Part shown: in pieces, positions 1-9,772 of the stretch
Layout: each line of letters starts with the position of its first letter
Position numbering within the stretch: position 1 is the stretch's first letter
Assembly: GCA_963819815.1 (NCBI GenBank)
Contig: CAWFXL010000001.1
Span: 1,440,001 to 1,504,000, forward strand
DNA from: an uncultured bacterium
GTDB taxonomy: Bacteria > Babelota > Babeliae > Babelales > Babelaceae
Direction of reading: 5' to 3'
Length of the DNA: 64,000 nt
Made by a program: the position numbers and the translations under genes
Notes under the pieces: generated by a model
Told to the model about the DNA's origin: nothing
Databases searched by the model: none
Seen by the model: only the letters and a program-made list of their open reading frames with translations

Positions 1-2106
1 TGGGTGGCATTCGATCTCGATATCTCCCCCTCCACGTATGAGAAGCTCAAGACATTCAGCACGATCTTTTACTAGTGCACTGTGCATTGGGCTCTGCCTA
101 TCAGAGTTCTCCCTCACAATTTGAAGGTTTGGATCTGCGTTATGTTCAAGGAGCAAACCAATAAGTTCGACATTTCCGATTGCTGCAGCTGTTGCAAGTG
201 GTATTTCTTGGTTCTTACCAGTGAGATTTGTAGAAGCCTTCTTCTTAAGAAGAGCACGCGCACATCCGACATGCCCCCGACTAACGGCTTTATTTAATGC
301 GGTCAAATTATTCTTGTCAGGAGTGTTTACATGTGCTCCTGCAGTTAAAAGGATTTCCAGACATTCTTCAAAACCTTCAAATGCTGCCGCATGAAGTGCA
401 GTATAGCCTTCTTTGGTTACTTTAAGCTCAAGGTTTACGTTAGCCTCAACAAGCGCTTTAACACATTCGGGACGGTTTCCTTCCACTGCCTTTAAAAGAG
501 CTGATTTTTTTTCTTTATCAAGAGCATTTTTGTCTATACGAGTCTTGAGGAGCCGTCTTACGCAGTCTGCATGCCCAAAATAAGCAGCCTCATGAAGAGC
601 AGTATAGCCATCCACGCTGGTAATGGTTACATCGACATCATGAGAAAGAAGCTCTTCTATCACCAAGAGATGGCCTTCCATAGCAGCACATAAAAGTGGC
701 GTTCGTCCAACTGCGTTTCGAGCATTTTTTGGAGCTCCTTTTTTAAGTAAGAGACGAACGTTTTGAAGATGGCCTCCCATGGCAGCTTTATGTAAGGGAG
801 TATCATCGACACTATCCTTGATTGCGATATCTGCGCCAGCTTCTATAAGTGCATTTACACAGCTCGTATTTTCCCGTTCGGCGGCTCCAAGAAGTGCGCT
901 GTATCCCTCTAGATTTTTTTTATCTAGGTGAGCACGAGCATGCAGTAATATCTTGAGGCATTCTATGTTTCCTTCAAACGCTGCAGCTATGAGTGGGGTT
1001 GAGCCATTATTACACGCACAATTTTTATTTGCACCAGCTTTGAGAAGTAATTCTACATGTGATGCTTGCCCATAATATGCGGCATACATAAGCGGGGTAT
1101 CTTTATCATTACTTTTTTCATCAAGGTGTATCCCTGCGGCAATATGAGCTTCAAGTACTGCCTTAAAAACTGAGTCATCATCACAATAAGCTGCGCAGTG
1201 TAGGGGCATATTTCCAACATTGTTTCGTATTTGAAGTTTTGCACCTCTCCTGATGAGTTCCCTAACGCAGTCGGTATGGCCTTTCTTTATGGCAGCATGT
1301 AGGGCCGTTTCACCCTCATTATTTTGTGCGTTGATATGTGCGCCTTGTTCAAGTAATGCTATAAGGCTCATTGTTTTACCAACGGCTGCAGCTATAATAA
1401 GCGCTGTTGAGCCATCGGCACAGGGTATTTCTAATGTTGTTTTTAAAAATGGTATACACTCTACAAGATCACCCTCAACAACATAATGAAGTGCCGTATC
1501 CCCTTCGATATCTTTTAAGGTCGCGTCAACTAGGTTCTCGTTAAAAAACAGAGGCATTGCCGTCTTAAGTACTAGTGCAGCTCGATGTAATATAGTTCGT
1601 CCATAATGGTCTTGAACAGAAAACGACATTCTATAAGAGCTCAACGCAGTGGCAATGAGTCTGGTCGCGGCCTTCCTGACTTGCTCTGAGCGAAGTCCGA
1701 GAAAACGCTCAGCGAATTGAGCAACCTGCTGATTTACTGATTCAACTAATATATAAGCATCACGAAAATGAGGATTGCTGGTTGACTCATGTGAAGCATT
1801 TGTGTTCATGAGCAAGGAAAAGGCATTCTTAAAATCGTCGGTCTTAAGTATTTGCCTTATAGATTCAATCTCTTGAATGATTAATGTAAGATCTTTTTGA
1901 TCAGGCACATTTGAGGCTTGTGGATCTGTAGAGGGCGTGTATTGGCTCATTATAATGTTCTTGAATTCAACAAGCTGGTCATTAAGGTGCATAAGAAATA
2001 CGTTGCCGAGCTCGGGAACTTCAGTCTTAACTTGAATAGATTCGGATGCAAACATATAGGATGAACCTACGCACAATGCAAGTAATAAGACCTGGAACAT
2101 GGGCAT
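1..2106 (-). CDS. Secreted multi-ankyrin-repeat protein, 3' end runs off the window (missing from the ORF track)
   Basis: Manual translation from ATG 2106 (GGAGG upstream) stays open to position 1. MPMFQVLLLALCVGSSYMFAS signal peptide, then about 15 ankyrin repeats (e.g. GETALHAAIKKGHTDCVRELIRRGA, DTPLHKAAMGGHLQNVRLLLKKGA, GYTALHEAAYFGHADCVRRLL). Confidence 0.9.
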   Translation of the reverse strand, partial: MPMFQVLLLALCVGSSYMFASESIQVKTEVPELGNVFLMHLNDQLVEFKNIIMSQYTPSTDPQASNVPDQKDLTLIIQEIESIRQILKTDDFKNAFSLLMNTNASHESTSNPHFRDAYILVESVNQQVAQFAERFLGLRSEQVRKAATRLIATALSSYRMSFSVQDHYGRTILHRAALVLKTAMPLFFNENLVDATLKDIEGDTALHYVVEGDLVECIPFLKTTLEIPCADGSTALIIAAAVGKTMSLIALLEQGAHINAQNNEGETALHAAIKKGHTDCVRELIRRGAKLQIRNNVGNMPLHCAAYCDDDSVFKAVLEAHIAAGIHLDEKSNDKDTPLMYAAYYGQASHVELLLKAGANKNCACNNGSTPLIAAAFEGNIECLKILLHARAHLDKKNLEGYSALLGAAERENTSCVNALIEAGADIAIKDSVDDTPLHKAAMGGHLQNVRLLLKKGAPKNARNAVGRTPLLCAAMEGHLLVIEELLSHDVDVTITSVDGYTALHEAAYFGHADCVRRLLKTRIDKNALDKEKKSALLKAVEGNRPECVKALVEANVNLELKVTKEGYTALHAAAFEGFEECLEILLTAGAHVNTPDKNNLTALNKAVSRGHVGCARALLKKKASTNLTGKNQEIPLATAAAIGNVELIGLLLEHNADPNLQIVRENSDRQSPMHSALVKDRAECLELLIRGGGDIEIECHP

Positions 2107-2378
2107 AACCTCCAAGGAGTTTTCGACATTATCTTTCTTTGAATTTAATATATTAATTGTCATGTAAATTGTCTTTCCTGTCAAGCTTTTTCTCAATTTG
2201 GATCTTGACGTAAGTGCTTAATACCTTTAGGAAAGCTACAGTATCGGGTGAGTACGCTAAACCCCTTTTCCCTCTTCTTCTTTCCCCCAAAAAATCCGTG
2301 CAGCATACTGAAAAAGCTCTGTCGGGTGGGTTTTGTTACGTAGTCGTTTTGCGCTATGCTGAGAATAACCAGATACCG

Positions 2379-2708
2379 TCAATGAAGGCGAGCACCTTTA
2401 GGTACCGTTTTGTCGGGTCCTATGAGTACGATTGATCCATCATCATTTGTGAGCCCTAAGGTAAGAACCTCAGAGATGAAAGGTCCAATCTGCTTTGGAG
2501 CAAAGTTAACCACCGCAAGTACCTGTTTGCCCACTAATGCCTCTGGTACATAGTTTTTGGTAATTTGTGCAGAGCTCTTTTTAGTGCCGAGCTCCCCAAA
2601 GTCTATCACGAGCTTATAGGCTGGATTGCGTGCTTCCTTGAAGGTCTCTGCAGCAATAATGGTGCCGACGCGGATATCTACTTTTAGAAAGTCATCATAC
2701 GAAATCAT
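2379..2708 (-). CDS. csaA: tRNA-binding OB-fold protein / export chaperone CsaA
   Basis: DFLKVDIRVGTI, KKSSAQIT and VVNFAPKQIGPFISEVLTLG motifs; 109 aa. Confidence 0.9.
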   Translation of the reverse strand: MISYDDFLKVDIRVGTIIAAETFKEARNPAYKLVIDFGELGTKKSSAQITKNYVPEALVGKQVLAVVNFAPKQIGPFISEVLTLGLTNDDGSIVLIGPDKTVPKGARLH

Positions 2709-4111
2709 GCGACCTCCGGTTTAGTGAGACGTGAAATAATGAGGAGCACTGAAAGGCAGATGATAAATCCTGGTAGGAGCGGCATAAAGGTGAATCCAAG
2801 AGAACCCCATACCATGCCCATAATCCCACCGAGAAGCATTGCAACTTGCACGCCCGTTTTTCGAGCCCAGGGGATAAACAGTGCTGCAATAACGGTGGGT
2901 GCGAATGCAAGTCCAAGTCCTGACCAGGCATAGGCAATAAGATCATTAATTGGCTGAGTACTCGTATAGCTTACAAGATAAGACAGGATAGGGAGTCCGA
3001 TAATGCATCCGCGTACAATCAGGAGATAGTGTGCGGTGCTTAGCTTAGGGCCAATAATCGGCTTAAAGAAATCTTCCGTAATTATGGATGCCGTTGCCAA
3101 GATTTGTCCGGTCATGACCGACATGGTTGCGGCTAGAATAGCGCATAAAATTAGACCAGCAAAGAAAGGGTGAAAGAGATCTTTAACCATCTCTATAAAG
3201 ACCAGCTCTCTATTTGCAAGAGGTGCTGCAAAATAGAGAAGACCGACTAGTCCTGCAGCTGTTGCTGCTCCAAGAACAAGCGTCATCCAAGAGATGCCGA
3301 CGTATTTAGCTTTATGCATCTGGTGCACATCATGTATCGACATAAAGTTAATCAGAATATGGGGAGACCCAAAATAGCCAAGGCCCCATCCCATCGAGAG
3401 CAGTAAAATTTGAGAAAATGTTTGCCAAGAGTAGTCTGGAACGAGAGCATGGAAAAAACCGGCAAAACTTACGTACTCAAGTGGATTAACAGGAACGGCT
3501 GATAGTGCTACAATAGGGACAATGCAGATCATGGCGGCTAAGAAGATTCCTCGAATAGCATCACTCCATGCAGCTGCAATAAAGCCACCGATAATTATGT
3601 TTACCACAACTAGAGTGCCACTAATGCTAATGCCGATAGTATAGGGTATTCCGAAGGTTGATTCAAAAAGACGGCCAAGACCAACAAGTTCAGCGCCTAT
3701 ATAATACACGAGAAAATAGGTGGTAAAAAAAACGCTCAGCAGTCTAATAAGCCCTGACGTATCGCGAAAATGTCGTTCAAAAAATGATGCTAACGTGAGA
3801 CTTTCATATTTTTCTGTAGCAGTGCGAAGTCGTGGAGCTATAAATTGCCAGTTTAAAAACATGAACAGGATAAGACCTATCGCAACCCAGAGATTAAAGA
3901 GCCCCAACCCATAGATGAGCCCGGGATAGGCCATGAAGAGCCAATCGCTCATATCACTTGCTTGAGTCCTGAGCGCTGTTACCCAGTAGTTCAACGATCT
4001 GTTGCCGAGCACGAATGAGCTTGTAGAAGTATTTCGCCGATAAAAAAAGATACTTAAGCAAAGAAAAAAAGCAAAGTATCCGACAAATGCACTCAAATAA
4101 TAGTTATCCAT
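2705..4111 (-). CDS. putP: Sodium/proline symporter (SSS family)
   Basis: ASDMSDWLFMAYPG, WGLGYFGSPHIL, AILAATMS and YAWSGLG motifs; about 12-13 TM helices. Confidence 0.85.
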   Translation of the reverse strand: MDNYYLSAFVGYFAFFLCLSIFFYRRNTSTSSFVLGNRSLNYWVTALRTQASDMSDWLFMAYPGLIYGLGLFNLWVAIGLILFMFLNWQFIAPRLRTATEKYESLTLASFFERHFRDTSGLIRLLSVFFTTYFLVYYIGAELVGLGRLFESTFGIPYTIGISISGTLVVVNIIIGGFIAAAWSDAIRGIFLAAMICIVPIVALSAVPVNPLEYVSFAGFFHALVPDYSWQTFSQILLLSMGWGLGYFGSPHILINFMSIHDVHQMHKAKYVGISWMTLVLGAATAAGLVGLLYFAAPLANRELVFIEMVKDLFHPFFAGLILCAILAATMSVMTGQILATASIITEDFFKPIIGPKLSTAHYLLIVRGCIIGLPILSYLVSYTSTQPINDLIAYAWSGLGLAFAPTVIAALFIPWARKTGVQVAMLLGGIMGMVWGSLGFTFMPLLPGFIICLSVLLIISRLTKPEVA

Positions 4112-4327
4112 GAAGCTCCCTAGGTAAGGGCTTTGCCCTATGCCCTTTTATTAATCACCAAAACAAAAAAGGGCACAGAGCAAAACCTGCATAGATTTTT
4201 ACCTAATATCGGGAATTTTGCAAGAGTTTTGAATGCTTTAGTTGGTCTATTCTAGATTGGGTTTACAGATATGTTCCAGTTGCTAACGCTGGGATTTCTG
4301 TTGATTATGGTAAGTTTTAAAACGCGT

Positions 4328-5290
4328 TTAACTTGCGAGTGGCGTGAGAACAAGCCAGATGGAAATAATAAAGGCATAGATAGCAATGGTATCGATAAGC
4401 CCTTGAGCCATCATACTTGCCCGAGAGAGTATGGTGTAGGCTGCTGGATTGTAAGCAATTTGGTCGGCAGCTGCGGCAGCTGCACGTCCAGAACTTATCC
4501 CAGTACCAAATGTTCCGATTCCCATCGTTGCTCCAAAGGCAAGGTATGCAAGACCAATGAGTGGATTTTCATAGACGATTGATGCTTGGTTGATAAGCAT
4601 GAGCGAAATAATAATGGCAAAGACTACAGGTGTCTCAATCATTGCTTGGCTAATAAAGGTAAAAGTGAACAATTTTGAGAAAGCAGCTCTATTGCGGCCC
4701 GCGCTTTTACAGGCTATTTTGGTAAATAGGCAACTACCAAGCACCGGTCCAACAGAACCAAGACCGATAGCGATACCAGCTCCTATAAGTATGAGTGATT
4801 GAGCGACGGTGGTGATACCTGGTAGCATACCATGAATAACGAATGCCATAATAAGTCCAAAGATTAAAGGCGTTTGAAGAAGTGAAAGTACCAGAAGCAT
4901 AAAATTTCTCATGCGACGGGATACAAATGGTTGCCGCGCTATTGCACCAAGAGCGTTAGATGCAGGATCTGCAGAAGCCCATCCTATAACTAAGCCAGGT
5001 ATTCCCATGGAGAAAGCTATGCCAAGCTCTCCCAAAGCTGATGGAAATGTCGTTGGAGGCTTAAAGAATAAGAAAAAAGACATAAGGAATCCAAGGATTG
5101 CTGCGGTCTCAATAAGTGCTAAGGCTAAAATCGTTGCTCCCGTAATTTCTCCTTGCATAGCTGGCTGTCTTTCTATCGCCTCAAAGGAGGCTGCAGCAGT
5201 TTTTCCATGGCTACGGGAAACTCCATATGCAGTGGCAACGGTGCAAAAGACAATGGAAAAAAAATGTATGAGCTGAGCAAGTGCGACCAT
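4328..5290 (-). CDS. atpE: F0 ATP synthase subunit c, four c-hairpins fused in one polypeptide
   Basis: Four ~80-aa repeats with loops RQP/RQP/RNR/YNP and second-helix motifs LIET, LLQT, MIET, LIDT. Its ATG overlaps the atpB stop (TAATG). Confidence 0.9.
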   Translation of the reverse strand: MVALAQLIHFFSIVFCTVATAYGVSRSHGKTAAASFEAIERQPAMQGEITGATILALALIETAAILGFLMSFFLFFKPPTTFPSALGELGIAFSMGIPGLVIGWASADPASNALGAIARQPFVSRRMRNFMLLVLSLLQTPLIFGLIMAFVIHGMLPGITTVAQSLILIGAGIAIGLGSVGPVLGSCLFTKIACKSAGRNRAAFSKLFTFTFISQAMIETPVVFAIIISLMLINQASIVYENPLIGLAYLAFGATMGIGTFGTGISSGRAAAAAADQIAYNPAAYTILSRASMMAQGLIDTIAIYAFIISIWLVLTPLAS

Positions 5291-6105
5291 TAGTGCTTTC
5301 CTTCTTCAATTGCGGTTGCCATACTAATATTAGTAAGCGTAAGAATCGTAAATACAAAAGCCTGTAGCCCGCCCTCAAAGATGACGAAAAATGCCACCAA
5401 TCCCAAATGAACGCCAATAGTACTTATGAGCTGCCAAATAAAAGAACCTGCTATACCATTGTGCCAGATCTGCATAATAATTGCCCCTCCAAATATATTG
5501 CCAAAGAGCCTGAAGGAGAGGGAGATAACCGTTGCTAACTCGCCGAGTATTTTAAAGGGAGCGAAGAAAAGACCGATGATAAGGTTAAGAGGAAAGAAGG
5601 TGGAGACTGGTAGGAAATATTCTTTGAGATAGTGTCCAAAGCCATGGACCTTAATGATCTCTTTTTGTATATAGAGGAGTGCTATTGTTCCCAGGGCAAG
5701 GGTTGTATTAAGATTTTTAGTTGGCTCTTCTACATAGGGAATAAGCGCAACCCAGTTGCAGATGAGAATAAAGATAAAAAGTGCTGCAATAAAATTAAAA
5801 TAGCGATGCACAAAAGCTCCCGTAGACTGTTCAACAAGGGACATAAAACTTCTGATGACCGATGTTGCAACATATTTGCCATAGGTTAGAAATGTAAAGT
5901 CTGGAGGCAGAAGCAGCTTTTGATATTCATGATTTTCACTGTGAATGCGTAGGAGTATAGAACGTGCGAGTAAGCAGAGGGCTAGTATAATTGCTAAGGC
6001 GATCCAGGTACTGATAATGGTAGTTCCAGAAAGAGCAAAAAATTGATTATCTACCCCAAAACTTTTAAGGGGATGCCATATAATTTCATGTTCTACATTT
6101 TGCAT
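5290..6105 (-). CDS. atpB: F0 ATP synthase subunit a
   Basis: PTKNLNTTLAL, SLSFRLFGNIFGG (essential Arg) and EGGLQAFVFTILT motifs. Confidence 0.95.
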   Translation of the reverse strand: MQNVEHEIIWHPLKSFGVDNQFFALSGTTIISTWIALAIILALCLLARSILLRIHSENHEYQKLLLPPDFTFLTYGKYVATSVIRSFMSLVEQSTGAFVHRYFNFIAALFIFILICNWVALIPYVEEPTKNLNTTLALGTIALLYIQKEIIKVHGFGHYLKEYFLPVSTFFPLNLIIGLFFAPFKILGELATVISLSFRLFGNIFGGAIIMQIWHNGIAGSFIWQLISTIGVHLGLVAFFVIFEGGLQAFVFTILTLTNISMATAIEEGKH

Positions 6106-6111
6106 TTTTTA

Positions 6112-6372
6112 CTATTCGTTTAGGCAAAGGATAGCGACCCATTTGGCTATCATCATGCTGCCTCCAAAGAGTATAAAGGGAACGGGTCCCCAATGCAATA
6201 GATACCAGGCTATGAGGCCAAGACTTCCTAAACGAAGTAACGCTAAAATAGGGATATACCGCGATGAAGTTGAGCTATATGCAGATACTTGCCGTATCAG
6301 GTGATAGCCTGACAAAGAGCCTGCACATACCCCTATGGCGAGTGAAGCAATATAGGTGAAAATACTATTCAT
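6112..6372 (-). CDS. Small membrane protein, AtpI/AtpR-like c-ring assembly factor
   Basis: 86 aa with about 3 hydrophobic helices and an LLRL motif, 6 nt upstream of atpB, the position normally held by atpI/atpR. Confidence 0.55.
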   Translation of the reverse strand: MNSIFTYIASLAIGVCAGSLSGYHLIRQVSAYSSTSSRYIPILALLRLGSLGLIAWYLLHWGPVPFILFGGSMMIAKWVAILCLNE

Positions 6373-6382
6373 TGTTCATTAT

Positions 6383-7801
6383 TTAAAACTTGTTGATGCC
6401 TTTATAGCGCCAATAAGCTGCTACTGCAGAATGTGATCCCGTTACACATATCAAGCCTTGGCGTTCATTAACGCTTTGCTTCGCGGCTTCGAAAGCTTCT
6501 TTAAAGGTTGAAAAGGCGCGAGCCTTAACTTTCATGCTCTTGATATCGTTAGCAACTTTTTCAGGATTCCAAGATGTATCTTCATGAACCCCAGGAAGTG
6601 ATACTTCTATAGGGAAAATAAAGAGCTGGCCGGATGTCTTTTTAAAGAAATAGCGCACAAGTTTGAGGAACTCTTCATTGTGCATACTTTTCTCCGACGC
6701 TGCCATGACAAGTGCAAAGCCTTTATGAGGCTGGCTGTAGTGAAGGAGACGGATACCAAGAAGAAGATTTTTAAAGGCATCAAGATTTGAAGAAGTATCA
6801 AGAAGTACTCCCGGCTCTTCTTTAGCAACGAGCTCGAATCTGCCTGGCAGTTCATTTTTTTCAGTTTTCCAGAATTCTTCTAGAGACTTTTGAGGTTTAA
6901 GCTCTGCCTTACGTTTATCTTCCAAAGTAGGGCGGCCACGTTTGACCGGTTTGCGACTGAGTAAGCTATCTGCCGTAACAGTGGCATCTTTATTAAAGTA
7001 ATTTTCTATGAACATGTGGGCGATACGTTCAGCTAGTGCTGCACAACGACCATGAAGTTGCTCAAATGGATACGAAAGAGGAGCGAGCTTTCTGATAGGC
7101 ATTGCCCAATTGCCGCCCTGTTCAACCGTAAGTTTGTGCATCAATTCTAAGTTTGCTTTATTTTGGTCACCCGATACGATCCAGGTTCCCTTCTTAATGA
7201 TGCCCATAGTGTCTGCAACTATAGGAGCAAGATCGTCTTCGCTTACTGTTGTATCACGTGGGGTTACTCGGGTAACTGTAGCAACAAGAGCCTGACAAAT
7301 ATTAACGGGATTATAGCTACCACCTTCACTTACTTCAAGAAGCGCAACATCCACTTTGTTTTCCACAAAATACAGGAGCGCCATCATCGTGAGGAGTTCA
7401 TCGCTGTGGGCCTTAATTTCCAAAGTTTCTGCAATATTAATAACCTTGTTACCCACCTCGGTAAACTGGGTATTGCCAATAGTCTCTAAATTCGTGGAGA
7501 ACCGCTCATTATAGGTTAAGATATGCGGAGAGGTAAAGGTTCCTACCTTAAGTCCTTCTTCTCGTAACAGTTTAGCTGACAAGCCAATCGTAATACTCTT
7601 TCCATTAGTTCCTGCAACAAGGAGAGCAGCAACCTTTTTTGATGGGTTTTGCAGAGCCGCATCAAGCTCCTTAATCCGCGCAAGACTTTTAGTCTGCGGG
7701 GTATCCCAGTGCTCATTAAGGTATTGAACGATTTCTTGATAACTACGTATCTTTTTTGGGGGGACCGATACGTTCGATTGAATCTGTTTACGAATAGTCA
7801 T
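6383..7801 (-). CDS. FolC/Mur-ligase-family protein with divergent active site
   Basis: AGTNGKS P-loop, FTSPH..YNERF, LPGRFE and VTGS. Start taken at ATG 7801 (GGAG upstream). Confidence 0.75.
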   Translation of the reverse strand: MTIRKQIQSNVSVPPKKIRSYQEIVQYLNEHWDTPQTKSLARIKELDAALQNPSKKVAALLVAGTNGKSITIGLSAKLLREEGLKVGTFTSPHILTYNERFSTNLETIGNTQFTEVGNKVINIAETLEIKAHSDELLTMMALLYFVENKVDVALLEVSEGGSYNPVNICQALVATVTRVTPRDTTVSEDDLAPIVADTMGIIKKGTWIVSGDQNKANLELMHKLTVEQGGNWAMPIRKLAPLSYPFEQLHGRCAALAERIAHMFIENYFNKDATVTADSLLSRKPVKRGRPTLEDKRKAELKPQKSLEEFWKTEKNELPGRFELVAKEEPGVLLDTSSNLDAFKNLLLGIRLLHYSQPHKGFALVMAASEKSMHNEEFLKLVRYFFKKTSGQLFIFPIEVSLPGVHEDTSWNPEKVANDIKSMKVKARAFSTFKEAFEAAKQSVNERQGLICVTGSHSAVAAYWRYKGINKF

Positions 7802-8182
7802 AGTGCTCCGTAAGGTAAGATGTCGTAAAAGTTGTTTAATAAAGTATTTTTTCTTTATTTGTCTCAAGCTTACCCTATTTTTTTATTTATGTCAAAATAT
7901 ACAATCCTTGAATATTGGGGGGCTGATTAATTGACAAAAAATAAAAACATGCTGCCTGGCGTTCAATAAGCTCTTCATGCTGAATAAGATGCGCTGGGCT
8001 TCGAGGAAAAGAGCGAACCTTGACATTTTAAGGTAAATGTGATTATATAGGTTCACTTAAAAAGTCTTTCTAAAATATTCTAATAATATTAAAAGGTGCT
8101 GGAAGCGTTATTTTGACCACCTTTTTTCTTTTGTTAGACCTTTTCTTTCTGAAAACCTTTTTCTCACCCGTAGGATCGTGCT

Positions 8183-8638
8183 ATGGTACACTCTCGCAAT
8201 GGGTTTACCCTCATTGAGCTGATGATTGTTGTTGCACTTATAGCCTTTTTATCAATGCTTGCGGTACCTAACCTGATGAAAGTGCTTGCTAAAGCGAAGC
8301 GCTCCGAGGCCTATCTTTACTTGCGCACGATAGCTCAGGCTCAAAAGGTGCACTATGCTGAGTATGGTACCTATACTACCACCCTTAATGGTAAAGGTGG
8401 TCTTGGATGGAGGCCTGAAGGTGTTTTCAACTATACCTATGGGTTTCCTGGGACACCTGAGGGGGTAGGCCATTTTGTAGGAGCATTAAAAACCCCAGTA
8501 TCGGCCTTATCTGTCGGTAAGATTGGTGATTCAACCTTTGTTATAGCTGCTGCTGGTAGAATCTACGGAGAGCAGCTAGATATTCTTACTATAAATGAGC
8601 AGGGGGAGATTGCTCTGGTGAGCGATGCGTTGCAGTAG
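8183..8638 (+). CDS. Type IV pilin-like prepilin
   Basis: Class III signal RNG|FTLIELMIVVALIAFLSMLAVP followed by KAKRSEA. Confidence 0.9.
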   Translation: MVHSRNGFTLIELMIVVALIAFLSMLAVPNLMKVLAKAKRSEAYLYLRTIAQAQKVHYAEYGTYTTTLNGKGGLGWRPEGVFNYTYGFPGTPEGVGHFVGALKTPVSALSVGKIGDSTFVIAAAGRIYGEQLDILTINEQGEIALVSDALQ

Positions 8639-8639
8639 T

Positions 8640-9398
8640 CTAGAAAAAGGGCTCAATGAGTTCATGAATCTGCTGCTGTAAGAAAATATAGATAAAGGAT
8701 CCAAGTACAAGCCAAGGCCCAAAGGCTATTTTGGGGTGGGCGCGCTTACTAAGTGCCATCTGGACAATGCATGAAATAATGCCCAAAAAGGACCCGAGAA
8801 GTAAGGATGTCCAAGCACCGGTAATGCCCGTAAATGCGCCTATCATTGCTAATAGATCTATATCCCCTTCGCCCATTCCTTCGATATTGCGAATCGCATG
8901 GAAAATACGGGCAACGATCCAGAGAACCAGATAGCCAAAAAGAGCACCGCGGATGCTCTCAATGAGACTCAAGGGAAGAAGATGCATATAACTTAGGATA
9001 AAGGCGACAGGGATGAGTCCCCAGGTTACATAGCGAGAGATAAGCATTTTCTCAAAGTCAGTACGAATCGTTACGATCCCTGCTGAGATAAAGAGGAAGT
9101 AGCCAAACCAGTACTTTTGATCGATATATATGAGCATGAGGGTAAGCATAAGTGCAGTCAAAAACTCAATAGCGGGATACAATGGAGAAATGATATTTTG
9201 ACACGATCGGCATCTGCCTTTAAGGAGTATAAATGAAATCAACGGAATCGTATCATACCATGCTAACTGAGTTCGACAGTGAGGGCAATATGAGCGCCCA
9301 AAAAAAGAATATCCTCTAATGATTCGGTATCCCACCACATTTAAAAATGAGCCCCAGCAGAGAAAGAGTATAAATTCCAGAAGATAGGCAAAAATCAT
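8640..9398 (-). CDS. pilD: Prepilin peptidase / N-methyltransferase (A24)
   Basis: GSFLNVV..R, RSYCPHC, CRSC, GMGEGDIDLLAMIGAF and AFGPWL motifs. Confidence 0.92.
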   Translation of the reverse strand: MIFAYLLEFILFLCWGSFLNVVGYRIIRGYSFFGRSYCPHCRTQLAWYDTIPLISFILLKGRCRSCQNIISPLYPAIEFLTALMLTLMLIYIDQKYWFGYFLFISAGIVTIRTDFEKMLISRYVTWGLIPVAFILSYMHLLPLSLIESIRGALFGYLVLWIVARIFHAIRNIEGMGEGDIDLLAMIGAFTGITGAWTSLLLGSFLGIISCIVQMALSKRAHPKIAFGPWLVLGSFIYIFLQQQIHELIEPFF

Positions 9399-9766
9399 TC
9401 GGTATCCTCTGACTTAACCTCCTCGAGGAGCATCTCAAGACGCAGTTGCTTTTCTAACTGTATATCATAAGCAAAAACCAGGTCAGGTGTATAGCGTGAC
9501 TGAACACGAGATGCAAGAGCTCGTCGAAGCGAAACTTTATATTGAGTAATAATAGGTAGCAACTCTTTCTCAAAATATGCCTGCCCTTCAGGGGTATAGA
9601 AATAGACGGTGCATATGCTTTTATCGGGCGAAAGAGCAACTCGGTTGATCGTAATTGCTTGAAGTTTTGGATCATCAAGGCTGGCTTCAAGAAACAACTT
9701 GGAGACCTCTCTAAAGAGAAGTGATTCCTTTTGTGCACGCCGTACATGTCCCAACGATGAGTTCAT
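9395..9766 (-). CDS. rbfA: Ribosome-binding factor A
   Basis: DPKL..ITINRVALSPDKS and RYTPDLVFAYD motifs. Confidence 0.9.
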   Translation of the reverse strand: MNSSLGHVRRAQKESLLFREVSKLFLEASLDDPKLQAITINRVALSPDKSICTVYFYTPEGQAYFEKELLPIITQYKVSLRRALASRVQSRYTPDLVFAYDIQLEKQLRLEMLLEEVKSEDTE

Positions 9767-9772
9767 AGAATG

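Noticed and set aside
82..1486. Short ORFs listed in the track
   Set aside because: They are shadows of the long minus-strand ankyrin gene.
2214..2435. 73-aa ORF or structured RNA between the ankyrin gene and csaA
   Set aside because: It overlaps the csaA end, has no RBS, and shows only short scattered complementarity with no known RNA motif.
8183..9398. Complete type IV pilus or type II secretion locus
   Set aside because: Only a pilin and a convergent prepilin peptidase are present; no assembly ATPase or secretin is nearby.
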